Source of the DNA: an uncultured Campylobacter sp. | GTDB lineage: Bacteria > Campylobacterota > Campylobacteria > Campylobacterales > Campylobacteraceae | DNA: 64,000 nt | Assembly: GCA_963516105.1 (NCBI GenBank) | Contig: CAUPZP010000003.1 | Coordinates: forward strand, 58,046-122,045 | Direction of reading: 5' to 3' | Part shown: positions 28,471 through 38,901 of the stretch, one piece after another | Numbering within the stretch: the first letter of the stretch is position 1 | Layout of the letters: every line of letters starts with the position of its first letter | The notes under the pieces: generated by a model | Told to the model about the DNA's origin: nothing | The model's database searches: none | What the model saw: the letters and a program-made list of their open reading frames with translations, nothing else | Position numbers and translations under genes: made by a program

Positions 28471-28558
28471 TTTACCGCCCTTTAAAACGACCGATTTATC
28501 AAAAAATCAGCCGAATTTAATTAATATTGCGAAATCGAAACAAAAATCAGGATAAAAA

Positions 28559-29173
28559 ATGAACGAAAATTTGATAGCTTACGCCGCGGCGTATCTGCTA
28601 GGCGGCATCCCCTCGGGCGTTATTTTGGCTTATATCTTCGGCGGCGTGAACATCAGAAGCGAAGGTAGCGGCAGTATCGGTGCGACCAACGTCTTACGCG
28701 TGCTAAAGCAAAAAGATCCCAAACTCGCCAAAAAGATCGCGATTTTGACCGTTGTTTGCGATGTTTTAAAGGGCGTTTTACCGATTTTAATCGCGAAATT
28801 TATGGGTCTAGCTCCAGCGACGCTTTGGGCGATGGCGGTACTTTCGGTGCTCGGACACTGCTATTCGCCGTTTTTAAAATTTGAAGGCGGCAAGGGCATA
28901 GCTACTGGCGCGGGCGTTTTGGCGGTATTTTTGCCGCTTGAGATCGCTATCGCGCTTGGAGTTTGGTTCGTCGTGGGCAAGCTGCTTAAGATCTCCTCGC
29001 TTGCCTCGCTAGCCGCGCTTGTGGCGTTTATCGTAGCGACTTTTGCGCTTCAGCCGCAGATTCCTGATATCGACTCCTATGCGCCGATATTTTTGATCGC
29101 GTTTTTGGTCGTTTACAAGCATCTGCCAAACATAAAACGCCTCATAACAGGGCAAGAAAAGCGCGTAATTTGA
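28559..29173 (+). CDS. plsY: glycerol-3-phosphate acyltransferase
   Basis: YLLGGIP, GSGSIGATNVLR, GHCYS…GGKGIAT and KHLPNIKRL. Confidence 0.96.
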   Translation: MNENLIAYAAAYLLGGIPSGVILAYIFGGVNIRSEGSGSIGATNVLRVLKQKDPKLAKKIAILTVVCDVLKGVLPILIAKFMGLAPATLWAMAVLSVLGHCYSPFLKFEGGKGIATGAGVLAVFLPLEIAIALGVWFVVGKLLKISSLASLAALVAFIVATFALQPQIPDIDSYAPIFLIAFLVVYKHLPNIKRLITGQEKRVI

Positions 29174-29484
29174 CGACGATTATCAAAGATTACGAGTTTA
29201 GCACTATCATAGGACTGCTTGATTTTGAGCGCGTGACGCCGCAAAAGGTAAGAGTTAGCGCAGAGTTTGAAAGCGGCGAGTTTATAGACTACGTGGAAAT
29301 GATAAATTTGATCGAGGAAATTTACGCGCAAGAAAAATTTGGCACCGTGGAGAGCTCGCTTGAAATTTGCGCGAAAAAGTTGAAGGAAAAATTTGGCTCG
29401 CTTAGCTTTTTAAAAATGGAAATTTTAAAAACCGAGATCGTCAAAAATGCGATGGTTGGCGCAAGAGCCGAGTTTAAATATTAA
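29170..29484 (+). CDS. folB: dihydroneopterin aldolase
   Basis: IIGLLDFER…PQ and IDY motifs; plsY-folB-cosR order. Confidence 0.8.
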   Translation: MTTIIKDYEFSTIIGLLDFERVTPQKVRVSAEFESGEFIDYVEMINLIEEIYAQEKFGTVESSLEICAKKLKEKFGSLSFLKMEILKTEIVKNAMVGARAEFKY

Positions 29485-29557
29485 ATTTTTTTTAAAGTAT
29501 CTTGAAATCTTGCTTAATTTATGCTACAATCCCAACAAATTTCACTGAAGGGAAAAA

Positions 29558-30229
29558 ATGAGAATTTTAATAGTTGAAGATGAGGTAACTCTAAACAAAA
29601 CCATCGCCGAGGGCTTGCAAGAGTTCGGCTATCAGACCGACAGCTCGGAGAATTTCAAGGATGCCGAATACTACATCGGTATTAGAAATTACGATTTGGT
29701 TTTGACTGATTGGATGTTGCCTGACGGCGACGGCGTGGATCTAATCAACATCATCAAACACAAATCTCCGCGCACCGCAGTAGTCGTACTGTCTGCGAAA
29801 GACGATAAAGATAGCGAAGTTAAGGCATTTAGAGCAGGCGCGGACGACTATATCAAAAAACCGTTTGATTTCGACGTTTTGGTAGCTAGAATAGAAGCTC
29901 GCTTGCGCTTTGGCGGCACCAACGTTATCAAAATAGACGACCTTATCATCGATCCAGACGAGGAGAAAATCACATATCTAGGCCAAGATATCGAGCTAAA
30001 AGGCAAGCCGTTTGAGGTGCTAACTCATCTTGCGCGCCACAGCGATCAGATCGTCAGCAAAGAGCAGCTACTAGACGCTATCTGGGAGGAGCCTGAGCTC
30101 GTAACACCAAACGTAATCGAAGTAGCAATCAATCAAATCCGCCAAAAAATGGATAAACCGTTAAATATCTCGACTATCGAGACGGTCAGAAGACGCGGGT
30201 ATAGGTTTTGCTTTCCCAAAAAAGCCTAA
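29558..30229 (+). CDS. cosR: OmpR-family response regulator CosR/HsrA
   Basis: Strong resemblance to Cj0355c/HP1043 (YIGIRNYDL, VIEVAINQIRQKMDKPL); Asp at position 51. Confidence 0.9.
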   Translation: MRILIVEDEVTLNKTIAEGLQEFGYQTDSSENFKDAEYYIGIRNYDLVLTDWMLPDGDGVDLINIIKHKSPRTAVVVLSAKDDKDSEVKAFRAGADDYIKKPFDFDVLVARIEARLRFGGTNVIKIDDLIIDPDEEKITYLGQDIELKGKPFEVLTHLARHSDQIVSKEQLLDAIWEEPELVTPNVIEVAINQIRQKMDKPLNISTIETVRRRGYRFCFPKKA

Positions 30230-31497
30230 GATTTAGGTTTATAGTGCAATTAGCATCGGCTTCTACGATGCTAATTCTCATCATCTCCGTTCTTTTATAC
30301 CAGTATATCAAGGTCACGATATACGAGGGCATCTCGCAATCGCTCGCATACGAAGCTAAAATTTTATCCACGAGCGCAAATTTATCTAAAGTAGAAAAAC
30401 CGTTTGAGTACTTCACGCTAAACGATAGTCCCACAAAGGCAAAGCTAGTCGAGGGCAAAACCGTATCGCCTTATTTTGTTACGGAAAGGGTTGGACAAAA
30501 GACTCATTTGACGTTATTTTATCCGTATATGGACGACACGAGCATAGCGCTAACTAAAGACACCACTCATCAAAGCAAACTCGTAGATCAAATTTTAATC
30601 GATATCATCATGGTAAATGCTACGTCGATACTCCTGATTATTTTTTACGTGCTGTTTTTGTCGCGGATGCTGCTGGTGCCGATCAAAATTTTAAGCAGAA
30701 AAATGACGAATTTAAATGAGCGGTTTTTGCATACGGTGAGCCTTGACGAGCTACCGCCCGAGTTTAAGCCGCTGGGCAAAAGCCTAAACCGCCTGATCGA
30801 GCGCATTCAGACGTTCGTGCTTTATCAAAAGGAGCTTTTTGTTGGCGTCGCGCATGAGCTAAAAACTCCACTTGCGGTGATGAAAACCAAAAACGAAGTG
30901 ACGCTAATAAAGCCGCGTGAGAGCGAAAAATACATCGAAGCGCTCAAAAACAACAACGAAGCCATCAATCAGATGAACAAAATGATCGGCTCGATCCTAG
31001 AGATCGGACGGCAGGAGGGCGCGCAGTTTGAGGAGGCCGTTCGTATCGACATCATCGAGTTTTTGAATCAATCTGCGAAAAATTTTAAAATTTTAGCTCG
31101 CGGCGAGGGTAAGGATGTAGCGACTGATTTTGCTCCGAGTAGTCTTGAGATGACGCTACAAACGACGCTTTTAACGCACGTTATCCAAAATTTCGTTCAA
31201 AATGCGATCAAATTTTCTCCTCAGGGCTCCGTTATCACGCTTCGCTCTCACCTTAGCGAAAACGAATTTACTATCGAGGTCGTAGACGAGGGTTGCGGCA
31301 TCGACGAGAGCAAGGACCTTTTTGCGCCGTTTAAGCGTTTCGGCGATAAGGGCGGAGCTGGGCTTGGGCTATTTTTAGCTAAGGGCGCGGCTCAGGCTCT
31401 GGGCGGCTCGGTATCTATCAAAAACCGCACCGACGGACGCAGCGGCGTGGTCTCGACCCTCACTCTAGTGATAAATAAAAATAATAAAGGTAAATAA
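30208..31497 (+). CDS. membrane sensor histidine kinase (CosS-like)
   Basis: Two TMs, HAMP, HELKTPL H-box, NAIKFS, DEGCGI and GAGLGL; overlaps the 3' end of cosR. Confidence 0.88.
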   Translation: MLSQKSLRFRFIVQLASASTMLILIISVLLYQYIKVTIYEGISQSLAYEAKILSTSANLSKVEKPFEYFTLNDSPTKAKLVEGKTVSPYFVTERVGQKTHLTLFYPYMDDTSIALTKDTTHQSKLVDQILIDIIMVNATSILLIIFYVLFLSRMLLVPIKILSRKMTNLNERFLHTVSLDELPPEFKPLGKSLNRLIERIQTFVLYQKELFVGVAHELKTPLAVMKTKNEVTLIKPRESEKYIEALKNNNEAINQMNKMIGSILEIGRQEGAQFEEAVRIDIIEFLNQSAKNFKILARGEGKDVATDFAPSSLEMTLQTTLLTHVIQNFVQNAIKFSPQGSVITLRSHLSENEFTIEVVDEGCGIDESKDLFAPFKRFGDKGGAGLGLFLAKGAAQALGGSVSIKNRTDGRSGVVSTLTLVINKNNKGK

Positions 31498-32946
31498 ATG
31501 GCAAAACGAACCGCCGTCATAGATCTAGGCTCAAATTCGATGCGAATGGCGATTTTTGAAAAGACTTCTCGTTACGCGTTTCACATCATCGGCGAATTTA
31601 AGATGAAGGTACGTCTGGGCGAGGGCGCGTACGAGCATGGCGGCGAGATCGCCCAAAAGTCGATGCAAAAGGCCTGCGAAGCGCTAAGCGAGTTTAAAAA
31701 TATCGCAAAAAACTACAAATGCTCGAAAATTTTCGCTATGGGTACCTCGGCTCTGCGCGACGCTCCAAACGCCGGCGAGCTCATAAGTATGGCGCGCAAG
31801 GAGCTTGGGATAAATTTAAAGGTCGTTAGCGGCAAGGATGAGGCGACGTTTGGCGGAGTGGCGGCGCTAAATTTGCTTGAGCCCCTAGAGGAGTTCGTCA
31901 CGCTTGATATCGGCGGAGGCTCTGCCGAGCTTGCGCTTGTTAGCGGCGGCAAGATAACTGATGCCGTGTCGCTAAATTTAGGCACCGTGCGGCTAAAGGA
32001 GCTGTTTTTCGATAAGAAAAATTTAAACGCCGCAGCGCCTTTTATCAAAGAGGCGTTTAAAAGCTTGCCTAAAAATTTTAAAAGCAAAAACCTAGTTGCC
32101 ATCGGTGGTAGCCTGCGCGCGATATCTTCTGCTATCATGTCGGCGCAAGACTATCCGCTAAAAACTGTGCACAACTTTGCCTACAAATTTCAAAACCATA
32201 AAAATTTCATCGAAAATTTAGCCCGAGCGAGCGTGCTGGAGCTTGGGAAATTCGGCATCAAAAAAGACCGCTTCGATACGATTAGAGAGGGCGCGCTCAT
32301 CTTTTTAGGAGCAGTGGATGCAGTGGGCGCGCAAAACATCTACACCAGCGGTGCGGGCTTTAGAGAGGGCGTATTTTTGAGCGATATCTTGCGACCGACG
32401 CGTAAATTTCCGCCGAATTTCAACCCGAGTGTGAGAAGCTTGCAGGATAGATTTTTGCTAGATGATAACAAGGCGATCGTAAAATACGCCAAAGATCTAT
32501 TTGCCGCGCTAGAGCCGCTGCATGGGCTTGAGGGGCGATACGAGAGCGAACTGGCGGTCGCTGCTAGATTGCATAGCGTGGCGCAGTGTTTGGGATTTTA
32601 CGGCGAGCATGCTAGTTCGGCGTTTTTTGTACTAAATGCCTTAAACTACGGCTTTTCGCATGCACAAAAATGCCTAGTTGCCGCGATCATCGCGCAAAAC
32701 GGCAAGAAAACCTCGAGCGAATTTGAGCGCTTTAAAAACCTGCTACCGAGCGAGGACGTCGTGCGCTGGCTGAGTTTTATCCTCGCTCTTGCTAAAAATT
32801 TAGACGCAAACTGCGCGCATAAAAAGCTGGAGTTTGAGTTTATCAACCACACTTTGCAAATTTACGGTGCCAAAGAGCTGTTTATGGCGAAGGAAAATAT
32901 CAAAAAGATGACCAAGCCCGATACGTTTGCGATCTGTTTTGCGTGA
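31498..32946 (+). CDS. ppx: Ppx/GppA exopolyphosphatase
   Basis: IDLGSNSMR, GTSALRDA, DIGGGSAE and GFREG. Confidence 0.93.
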   Translation: MAKRTAVIDLGSNSMRMAIFEKTSRYAFHIIGEFKMKVRLGEGAYEHGGEIAQKSMQKACEALSEFKNIAKNYKCSKIFAMGTSALRDAPNAGELISMARKELGINLKVVSGKDEATFGGVAALNLLEPLEEFVTLDIGGGSAELALVSGGKITDAVSLNLGTVRLKELFFDKKNLNAAAPFIKEAFKSLPKNFKSKNLVAIGGSLRAISSAIMSAQDYPLKTVHNFAYKFQNHKNFIENLARASVLELGKFGIKKDRFDTIREGALIFLGAVDAVGAQNIYTSGAGFREGVFLSDILRPTRKFPPNFNPSVRSLQDRFLLDDNKAIVKYAKDLFAALEPLHGLEGRYESELAVAARLHSVAQCLGFYGEHASSAFFVLNALNYGFSHAQKCLVAAIIAQNGKKTSSEFERFKNLLPSEDVVRWLSFILALAKNLDANCAHKKLEFEFINHTLQIYGAKELFMAKENIKKMTKPDTFAICFA

Positions 32947-32948
32947 GT

Positions 32949-34271
32949 TTACGGATTTTGCCCTTGAAGTTCTTTGAGGGCTTTTTCTATTTTTTTATCA
33001 AATTTATCTATTTGTTCCGATATGTAATCAGAAATTTCCTGCGCTTTATGCCTTAGTGCACATATATCTAAATTTTCTATGTCTGATTTATCAATTATTT
33101 TTAATTCTAGTTCATTGCTGCTCATATTAAATTTTTCTTTCAATCTGTTAATTTTTTCTTTTTTATCTTTATCTTTATCTTTTTTATCTTTATCTTTTTC
33201 GTAACGATAGCCAATCCATATATACTCTTTTATATGCTCTGGCTTGTTCCATTTACTCACCTGAAAGTCTATGGTATATATTGGTTGCTTTTTATCTGTA
33301 GTACTTGTTGATCCATTTATAAAATTATAAAGTTTATTTGTATTTTTTGTTTTTATAAGGTAAAAATTTTTTCTTACATCAAGCTCTATATGTTTTTCCT
33401 TTAATATATCTGCCATAAATTTGAATAGTCTGTCTATTTTTGAAAGCCTATTTTTAATTAGAATGTCAAGAGCCTTTTCGTAATCATACCAAAGATAGCT
33501 ACATAATTTTTGCAATTTTTTATCTACCATGAAATTTTCCTTTCTCAATAGTTCAATATAGCTTAATAAAATAATTTGTGCCTTAATTGATTTTAATAAG
33601 TCTTTATTGTGTAATGAGTGATTTTTGTGGTTTTTGCATAGTTCTTTAAAGACGTCTTCTGGCTTGGTAATATCTAATTTGTTTAAGCTCTGGCCTACCA
33701 TGCTGTGTGTTGCAGTTAGCCAGTATTGCTGTTCACTTTCATCTTTTGGTAAGCGACCATCTTTTGTTAAAAAAATAGGAATAAACTTTTCATACTGATC
33801 TTGAACTATTTCACGATAACCGGATAATTGCTTATCGAATTCATTTGCTTCTATTTTATGCTCTATTGTTATTGCATAGTTACCTTTGCCGTCAACTATC
33901 ATAATATCGATGTAATATTTTCTATTGTTTATTTTATAATATTTTTCTCTGAGTATTTTTATGTCTTTTATAACGCCTTGTCTTAGTTTACTTATGTATG
34001 TTTTTAATATTTTATTATTTTCTAACGATATGTTATTTTTATTTTCTGATACTGTATATAAAAATTCCTCTAAAATTTGATATTTTAGTCCGTGTTCATT
34101 ATCTCCAAAAAGCCAAGCTAGGGTGTTTGAGTGTTTTATTTCTTGATTGCCAAGACCGGCAATTTCAAAGATATTAAAGTCCATTACGCTATTTTTGATA
34201 GCGTTAAATTTTTCTTGAGCCTCTTTATCGTTTATAAATTCTTTTAAAATTTCCAAATCGTTTTTGGCCAA
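32949..34271 (-). CDS. PD-(D/E)XK nuclease-family protein (PDDEXK_4-like), AT-rich
   Basis: FNIFE…EIKHSNTLAWL, REK, IDIMI…IEHKI…QLSGY and IFLT pattern; markedly more AT-rich than its flanks. Confidence 0.75.
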   Translation of the reverse strand: MAKNDLEILKEFINDKEAQEKFNAIKNSVMDFNIFEIAGLGNQEIKHSNTLAWLFGDNEHGLKYQILEEFLYTVSENKNNISLENNKILKTYISKLRQGVIKDIKILREKYYKINNRKYYIDIMIVDGKGNYAITIEHKIEANEFDKQLSGYREIVQDQYEKFIPIFLTKDGRLPKDESEQQYWLTATHSMVGQSLNKLDITKPEDVFKELCKNHKNHSLHNKDLLKSIKAQIILLSYIELLRKENFMVDKKLQKLCSYLWYDYEKALDILIKNRLSKIDRLFKFMADILKEKHIELDVRKNFYLIKTKNTNKLYNFINGSTSTTDKKQPIYTIDFQVSKWNKPEHIKEYIWIGYRYEKDKDKKDKDKDKKEKINRLKEKFNMSSNELELKIIDKSDIENLDICALRHKAQEISDYISEQIDKFDKKIEKALKELQGQNP

Positions 34272-34286
34272 ATTTATCTCCGATTT

Positions 34287-35225
34287 TTAGTCTATACTGG
34301 CCTTATCTTTATATGCATCAAGAGGTTGACGGTTTTCGATGTAGGCGTTTAGCTTTTTTTGATTTTCTTCAAAAAAGCTCTGAAAGTCCTGCTCGCTCGT
34401 TATCTGTTCTTCGCCAAATTTGTCCAAAAGTACGTTTGAGGCGCCCGTTAGTACGAGGTAGCGCCTATCAAGGTGCTGAAAAAGTACGACTTTATTCGTA
34501 TCATCAAGCGGTTTTTCGTATATTATCTCAACTCCATCGTCGCTTTTTACCTTTTCAAACCAGCCGTTTTCGCGCTTTGTTTTTATCGTTTTTTGCTTGT
34601 TTTTTAGCTTTGCCTTGACGAACAAAAGCACGACTAAAAGTAGCGCCAAAACGCCCAAAACCGAGTAATATCTATAATCGATCATATCGCTCATGCCCTG
34701 CGTCATGAAATTTACGTCGCCGTTTTGCGCGCCTAAATTTAAGCCAGCGCCTTGAGCAGACGCGGTCAAATTTGAAGCGTTTTGATCGCCGGATAAATTC
34801 GTCGCTTCGGTTATATTTTCTCTAGTTTCTTGTGGCGAGAGTGCGGTTGCGGCGGCTGAGTTTGCCGCATTTTCAGGCGTCACGCGTATGCGCAGGCCAA
34901 AGCCGTCGGTGGTTTTTGACGCGCTAACAGCTACTTGCGCGTCGCTTTTTATCACGAGGGCTAAATTTTGCCCCCTAGGCTCAAACAAAAGCTCTTGCAG
35001 TATGTTTGAATTTACGCTTTTTTCGATATTTTGATCGTTTTGCAGGTCTTTAAAAAGTAGAGTTATCGCACCGTCTTTGCGCTCTTGCAAGATCGCTCCG
35101 CTATAAGGAGCGTCAAAGCTAAGCATGATATCGACGCGGTCGCTACGCTCGTAGACGTTATACGTGGATAAATTTGAACCCCAAAGTGCTACGAAAAACA
35201 ACAAAAGCGCGGCGAAAATCCTCAT
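34287..35225 (-). CDS. fliO: flagellar export protein FliO-like (epsilonproteobacterial long form)
   Basis: Signal peptide, periplasmic domain, single TM and cytoplasmic 'KPLDDTNKVVL…YLVL' region; directly after fliN. Confidence 0.6.
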   Translation of the reverse strand: MRIFAALLLFFVALWGSNLSTYNVYERSDRVDIMLSFDAPYSGAILQERKDGAITLLFKDLQNDQNIEKSVNSNILQELLFEPRGQNLALVIKSDAQVAVSASKTTDGFGLRIRVTPENAANSAAATALSPQETRENITEATNLSGDQNASNLTASAQGAGLNLGAQNGDVNFMTQGMSDMIDYRYYSVLGVLALLLVVLLFVKAKLKNKQKTIKTKRENGWFEKVKSDDGVEIIYEKPLDDTNKVVLFQHLDRRYLVLTGASNVLLDKFGEEQITSEQDFQSFFEENQKKLNAYIENRQPLDAYKDKASID

Positions 35226-35578
35226 AATTGCTCTCGTTTAAAGTACTGGATGACGGATTTTGAGTCGAGGATTTCATTTATCCTGATGGCGAGGTTTTTT
35301 TCGTAGACCATTACTTCGCCCTTGCCGAAAATTCGGTTGTTTATAAAAAGCTCCACACTCTCGCCGGCAGGTTTTTCCAGGTCGATTACCGAGCCAACTT
35401 CGAGCTTTAAGAGCTGCTTTACGCTAATAGTCGTGGTGCCCAGCTCCGAGATAAAATCCACTCCGATATCCATCAGCTCGTCGTAGCTTTTAAAAAGCCC
35501 GCCGCGCTCTTGCAACATCTCTTGAACCCCTTGCGGCGCCGTTTCTGCGGCGGTTACCTCTTGTAGTTCTTCGCTCAT
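35222..35578 (-). CDS. fliN: flagellar motor switch protein FliN
   Basis: SpoA domain: ELG…GSVIDLEKPAGE…GEV. Confidence 0.93.
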   Translation of the reverse strand: MSEELQEVTAAETAPQGVQEMLQERGGLFKSYDELMDIGVDFISELGTTTISVKQLLKLEVGSVIDLEKPAGESVELFINNRIFGKGEVMVYEKNLAIRINEILDSKSVIQYFKREQL

Positions 35579-35991
35579 CCTTTTTTGTATCCTATTTGAA
35601 ATGTTCTATTTTTGATTTTATAGATGCGTTTGTCTTCTAGCTTGATGCGAAAATTCGTCCTGCCTAGATACTCGGGAGTGCCTAGTTTGTAGGCGTTTGC
35701 TTCGCGCTCGTTTAGTAGATTTTTGGCGTATCCGATCGTGAGATTAGCCACCTCTTTGCAGATGTCGCTTAGCTCGTCTTCGGCTAGTTTATCGACGCCA
35801 AGAAGCACACCGGCAAAGCGATTTAGCGTATCTTTTTTAAAATAAAGATAAAAGTGAAACTCCTCTTTGCCCTTAAAAATCGGCAAGCTCGAGCCGTAAA
35901 ATTCGCCTTCCGCGCTCTTTGCGCCCTCTACCTTGTAGCCCAGAGTATCCTCGCACAGATGCTTGATCCCAAGCTCCGCAACGTCCATCAT
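35575..35991 (-). CDS. CheX-like chemotaxis phosphatase-family protein
   Basis: EVANLTIG (ExxN) motif and LGTP; lies between trpA and fliN. Confidence 0.55.
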   Translation of the reverse strand: MMDVAELGIKHLCEDTLGYKVEGAKSAEGEFYGSSLPIFKGKEEFHFYLYFKKDTLNRFAGVLLGVDKLAEDELSDICKEVANLTIGYAKNLLNEREANAYKLGTPEYLGRTNFRIKLEDKRIYKIKNRTFQIGYKKG

Positions 35992-36053
35992 CGCGCCGTC
36001 CTTTAAACGAAATTTTTTGATTATACTTAAATTTAACGCAAACGCGGCTAAAT

Positions 36054-36803
36054 TTAAAAAAGTTTATTGATTTGCTTTATCAGCTCTTCGCCCTCAAATT
36101 TGGCCGTGAGCTTTACTATCTCGGTGCCGATTATCGCGCCGTCGGCATAGGTTTTTACCTCGTCGGCGTCGTTTTTATTTTTCACGCCAAAGCCCACCGC
36201 GACAGGCAGCTCGCTTCTTTTTTTTAGACCCTCTACTAGCGCTTTTAGTCGCTCCTCGCTAGCTCGCTGCGACCCGCTCACGCCGATAGCGCCCAGAGCA
36301 TAGACAAATCCTGAGCCAAATTTTAAAATTTTATCCGCGCGGTTTTGCGAGGTGACGCTGATGAGCGGGATGAGATCAAGATCAAATTTAGCGCATAGCC
36401 CCGCTACCTCCTCGCTCTCCTCAAACGGCAGATCGGGGATGATAAATCCTGCGATACCGACATCTTTTGAGCGGGCGATAAACCTCTCTACGCCGTAGGC
36501 AAACACGATGTTAAAATACACGAGAAATACGACCGGTTTATTTATTTTGCCTTTGCACTCTTCTAGTATGGAAAATATCGCGTCGGTGTTTACGCCCTTT
36601 GCAGCGGTTTCAAAGCTAGCTTGCGCGATGAGTTTGCCGTCTGCGAGCGGATCGGAGTAGGGGATGCCAAGCTCTAGTAGATCTAGGCAGCTGCTGTTTA
36701 AATTTAATAAAAACTCCTTCGTCGCCTTGGCGCTAGGATATCCCGCCACGACGTAGCCGATGTTTGCTTTTTTGCCCGCGAACGCGTCTTTTACCTTAGC
36801 CAT
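36054..36803 (-). CDS. trpA: tryptophan synthase alpha chain
   Basis: [17 protein letters not shown] and VGFG. Confidence 0.97.
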   Translation of the reverse strand: MAKVKDAFAGKKANIGYVVAGYPSAKATKEFLLNLNSSCLDLLELGIPYSDPLADGKLIAQASFETAAKGVNTDAIFSILEECKGKINKPVVFLVYFNIVFAYGVERFIARSKDVGIAGFIIPDLPFEESEEVAGLCAKFDLDLIPLISVTSQNRADKILKFGSGFVYALGAIGVSGSQRASEERLKALVEGLKKRSELPVAVGFGVKNKNDADEVKTYADGAIIGTEIVKLTAKFEGEELIKQINKLF

Positions 36804-37977
36804 AAATTTTTCCTTTCTCGTAGCTCATCACGGTGTTTATGTCTTTGTCGCCGCGTCCCGAGACGTTTACGACGATGACGCTTTTTTTCGTCAAATTCGG
36901 GCAGAGCTTCTCCAGATACGCTAGCGCGTGCGAGCTCTCGATCGCCGGGATGATGCCCTCTAGGCGGCTGGTTAGATATAGCGCGTTTATGCACTCGTCG
37001 TCTGTGACGCCGTAGTAGGCGGCTCGCTTGCTCTCGTGCAGGTGTGCGTGCTCAGGACCCACGCCCGGGTAGTCAAGCCCCGCAGAGATACTATGCACCG
37101 GCTCGATCATGCCGTATTCGTCTTGAAGGACGATCGTTTTCATGCCGTGGATGATGCCTGTGCGGCCCTTGGTTAGCGTTGCGGCGTGATACGGCGTGTG
37201 CGCGCCTAGACCTGCGGCTTCGACTCCGATCAAATTTACGTCCGAGTCGTCCAAAAACGCGCTAAAGATACCGATGGCGTTGCTACCGCCGCCGACGCAG
37301 GCAATGACGTAGTCCGGATGCACGCCGTACTCTTTTAGCTGTGCTTTGGTCTCGCGGCCGATGATACTCTGGAAGTCGCGCACGATCCTAGGATACGGGT
37401 GCGGGCCGACTGCCGAGCCGATGACGTAAAATGCGCTTTCTATCTCGTTTACCCACGCTTGGATCGCTGCGGTGGTGGCCTCTTTTAGCGTTTTTAGGCC
37501 ATCTTCTACGCTCACGACGTGAGCGCCTAAAAGCTGCATGCGAAACGCGTTTAGCTGCTGACGCTCGACGTCTGTCGCGCCCATATATACGTCGCACTCA
37601 AGGCCGAGCAATGCCGCCGCCGTCGCAGTTGCTACGCCGTGCTGACCCGCGCCCGTCTCTGCTAAAACCTTCTTTTTGCCCATTTTTTTGGCTAGAAGTG
37701 CTTGAGCCAGGGCGTTATTTATCTTATGCGCGCCCGTGTGGTTTAGATCTTCGCGCTTGAGGTAAATTTCGTGCCCATAGTGCTCGCTTAGGCGTTTTGC
37801 GTGATATAGTGGACTCGGACGTCCGACGTAGTTTTTTAGTAGGTCGTCTAGTTCGGCTTTAAATTCAGCCGTTTTTGCGATACTCTCGTACGCGGCCTCG
37901 AGTTCGTCTAGCGCGAACATCACGGTTTCTGGCACGAACTGGCCGCCGAATTTGCCGAAATATGCTTTGGTGTTCAT
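36796..37977 (-). CDS. trpB: tryptophan synthase beta chain
   Basis: [22 protein letters not shown] and [13 protein letters not shown]. Confidence 0.99.
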   Translation of the reverse strand: MNTKAYFGKFGGQFVPETVMFALDELEAAYESIAKTAEFKAELDDLLKNYVGRPSPLYHAKRLSEHYGHEIYLKREDLNHTGAHKINNALAQALLAKKMGKKKVLAETGAGQHGVATATAAALLGLECDVYMGATDVERQQLNAFRMQLLGAHVVSVEDGLKTLKEATTAAIQAWVNEIESAFYVIGSAVGPHPYPRIVRDFQSIIGRETKAQLKEYGVHPDYVIACVGGGSNAIGIFSAFLDDSDVNLIGVEAAGLGAHTPYHAATLTKGRTGIIHGMKTIVLQDEYGMIEPVHSISAGLDYPGVGPEHAHLHESKRAAYYGVTDDECINALYLTSRLEGIIPAIESSHALAYLEKLCPNLTKKSVIVVNVSGRGDKDINTVMSYEKGKIYG

Positions 37978-38004
37978 GGGTTTCCTTTTGGGTTTTTTGT
38001 AATT

Positions 38005-38901
38005 TTATTTCTCGAATTTATTCCGCATATCAAGCAAATATCGTTTATATTTTATTATATCTTCTCTTATCTTCTTGCATAGCGTATCATCAAATATATT
38101 GTCATCAGTGTTACTTTTAAAGTATTTTTTTCCATCTTTTTCTTTTAATGCAACGTGTGCAAATTTGTTTCTCATTTGTATAATATCTTTTTCGTAGCCA
38201 TCGGCAAAATTTTCTAGCTTCATATTATCTAAAATGTATGATATCGTTTTTATCTTATAGGAACTACTAAAAACAAAATTATCTTTGATTAGTTCTTTAA
38301 ATCCAGTGCTACCATCTTTCCACTTATTAATTTTACTAATTTTAGTATTAAATTGTTGATCTATGTCTGATAAAATATCTGATTTTAAACTTGAAGTATC
38401 GTTTTCTTCATCATTAATAAAACGCTTAATAATGTCTAATTTTACTTCGTCCATATAGCTAACTTCATTCATTATCATACCACGCATTATCACTATGTCA
38501 TTAAATTTTTTAAGAGTTAGCTCTATAAGGCTTTTTATTTTATCAGCCACTTCTTTATAGTGGTTATTGCTTGTTTGAAAAAAAGTTATTCTGTCTATTT
38601 TATCTGTATCTTTTAAATTAGCTCTGGCCGTATAAAATAAAATTTCAGTAAATATCCCTTTGTCTTTTCTAATTTTTTCAATAACCTCATCTCCATTCAT
38701 TCCATCCATATGATAATCGGTTAAGATCAAGTCATATGTATCGTTTAAATTATTTAAAAAATTTTGTTGTTCAGAATATGTATCAATTATAGGGTTAAAA
38801 CCTTTTTCTATCAGATATTTTTTTATATTGTCTATATATTCATCGTTTTCGAAAGCTTGTATGTTATCATCAAGCCAAATGATTTTATAATCAATATGCA
38901 T
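38005..38901 (-). CDS. response-regulator receiver domain + uncharacterised helical C-terminal domain
   Basis: IIWLDD, LILTDYHM (phospho-Asp) and FYTA. The C-terminus contains 'MRNKFAH', an RxxxxH (HEPN-like) motif. Confidence 0.8.
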   Translation of the reverse strand: MHIDYKIIWLDDNIQAFENDEYIDNIKKYLIEKGFNPIIDTYSEQQNFLNNLNDTYDLILTDYHMDGMNGDEVIEKIRKDKGIFTEILFYTARANLKDTDKIDRITFFQTSNNHYKEVADKIKSLIELTLKKFNDIVIMRGMIMNEVSYMDEVKLDIIKRFINDEENDTSSLKSDILSDIDQQFNTKISKINKWKDGSTGFKELIKDNFVFSSSYKIKTISYILDNMKLENFADGYEKDIIQMRNKFAHVALKEKDGKKYFKSNTDDNIFDDTLCKKIREDIIKYKRYLLDMRNKFEK

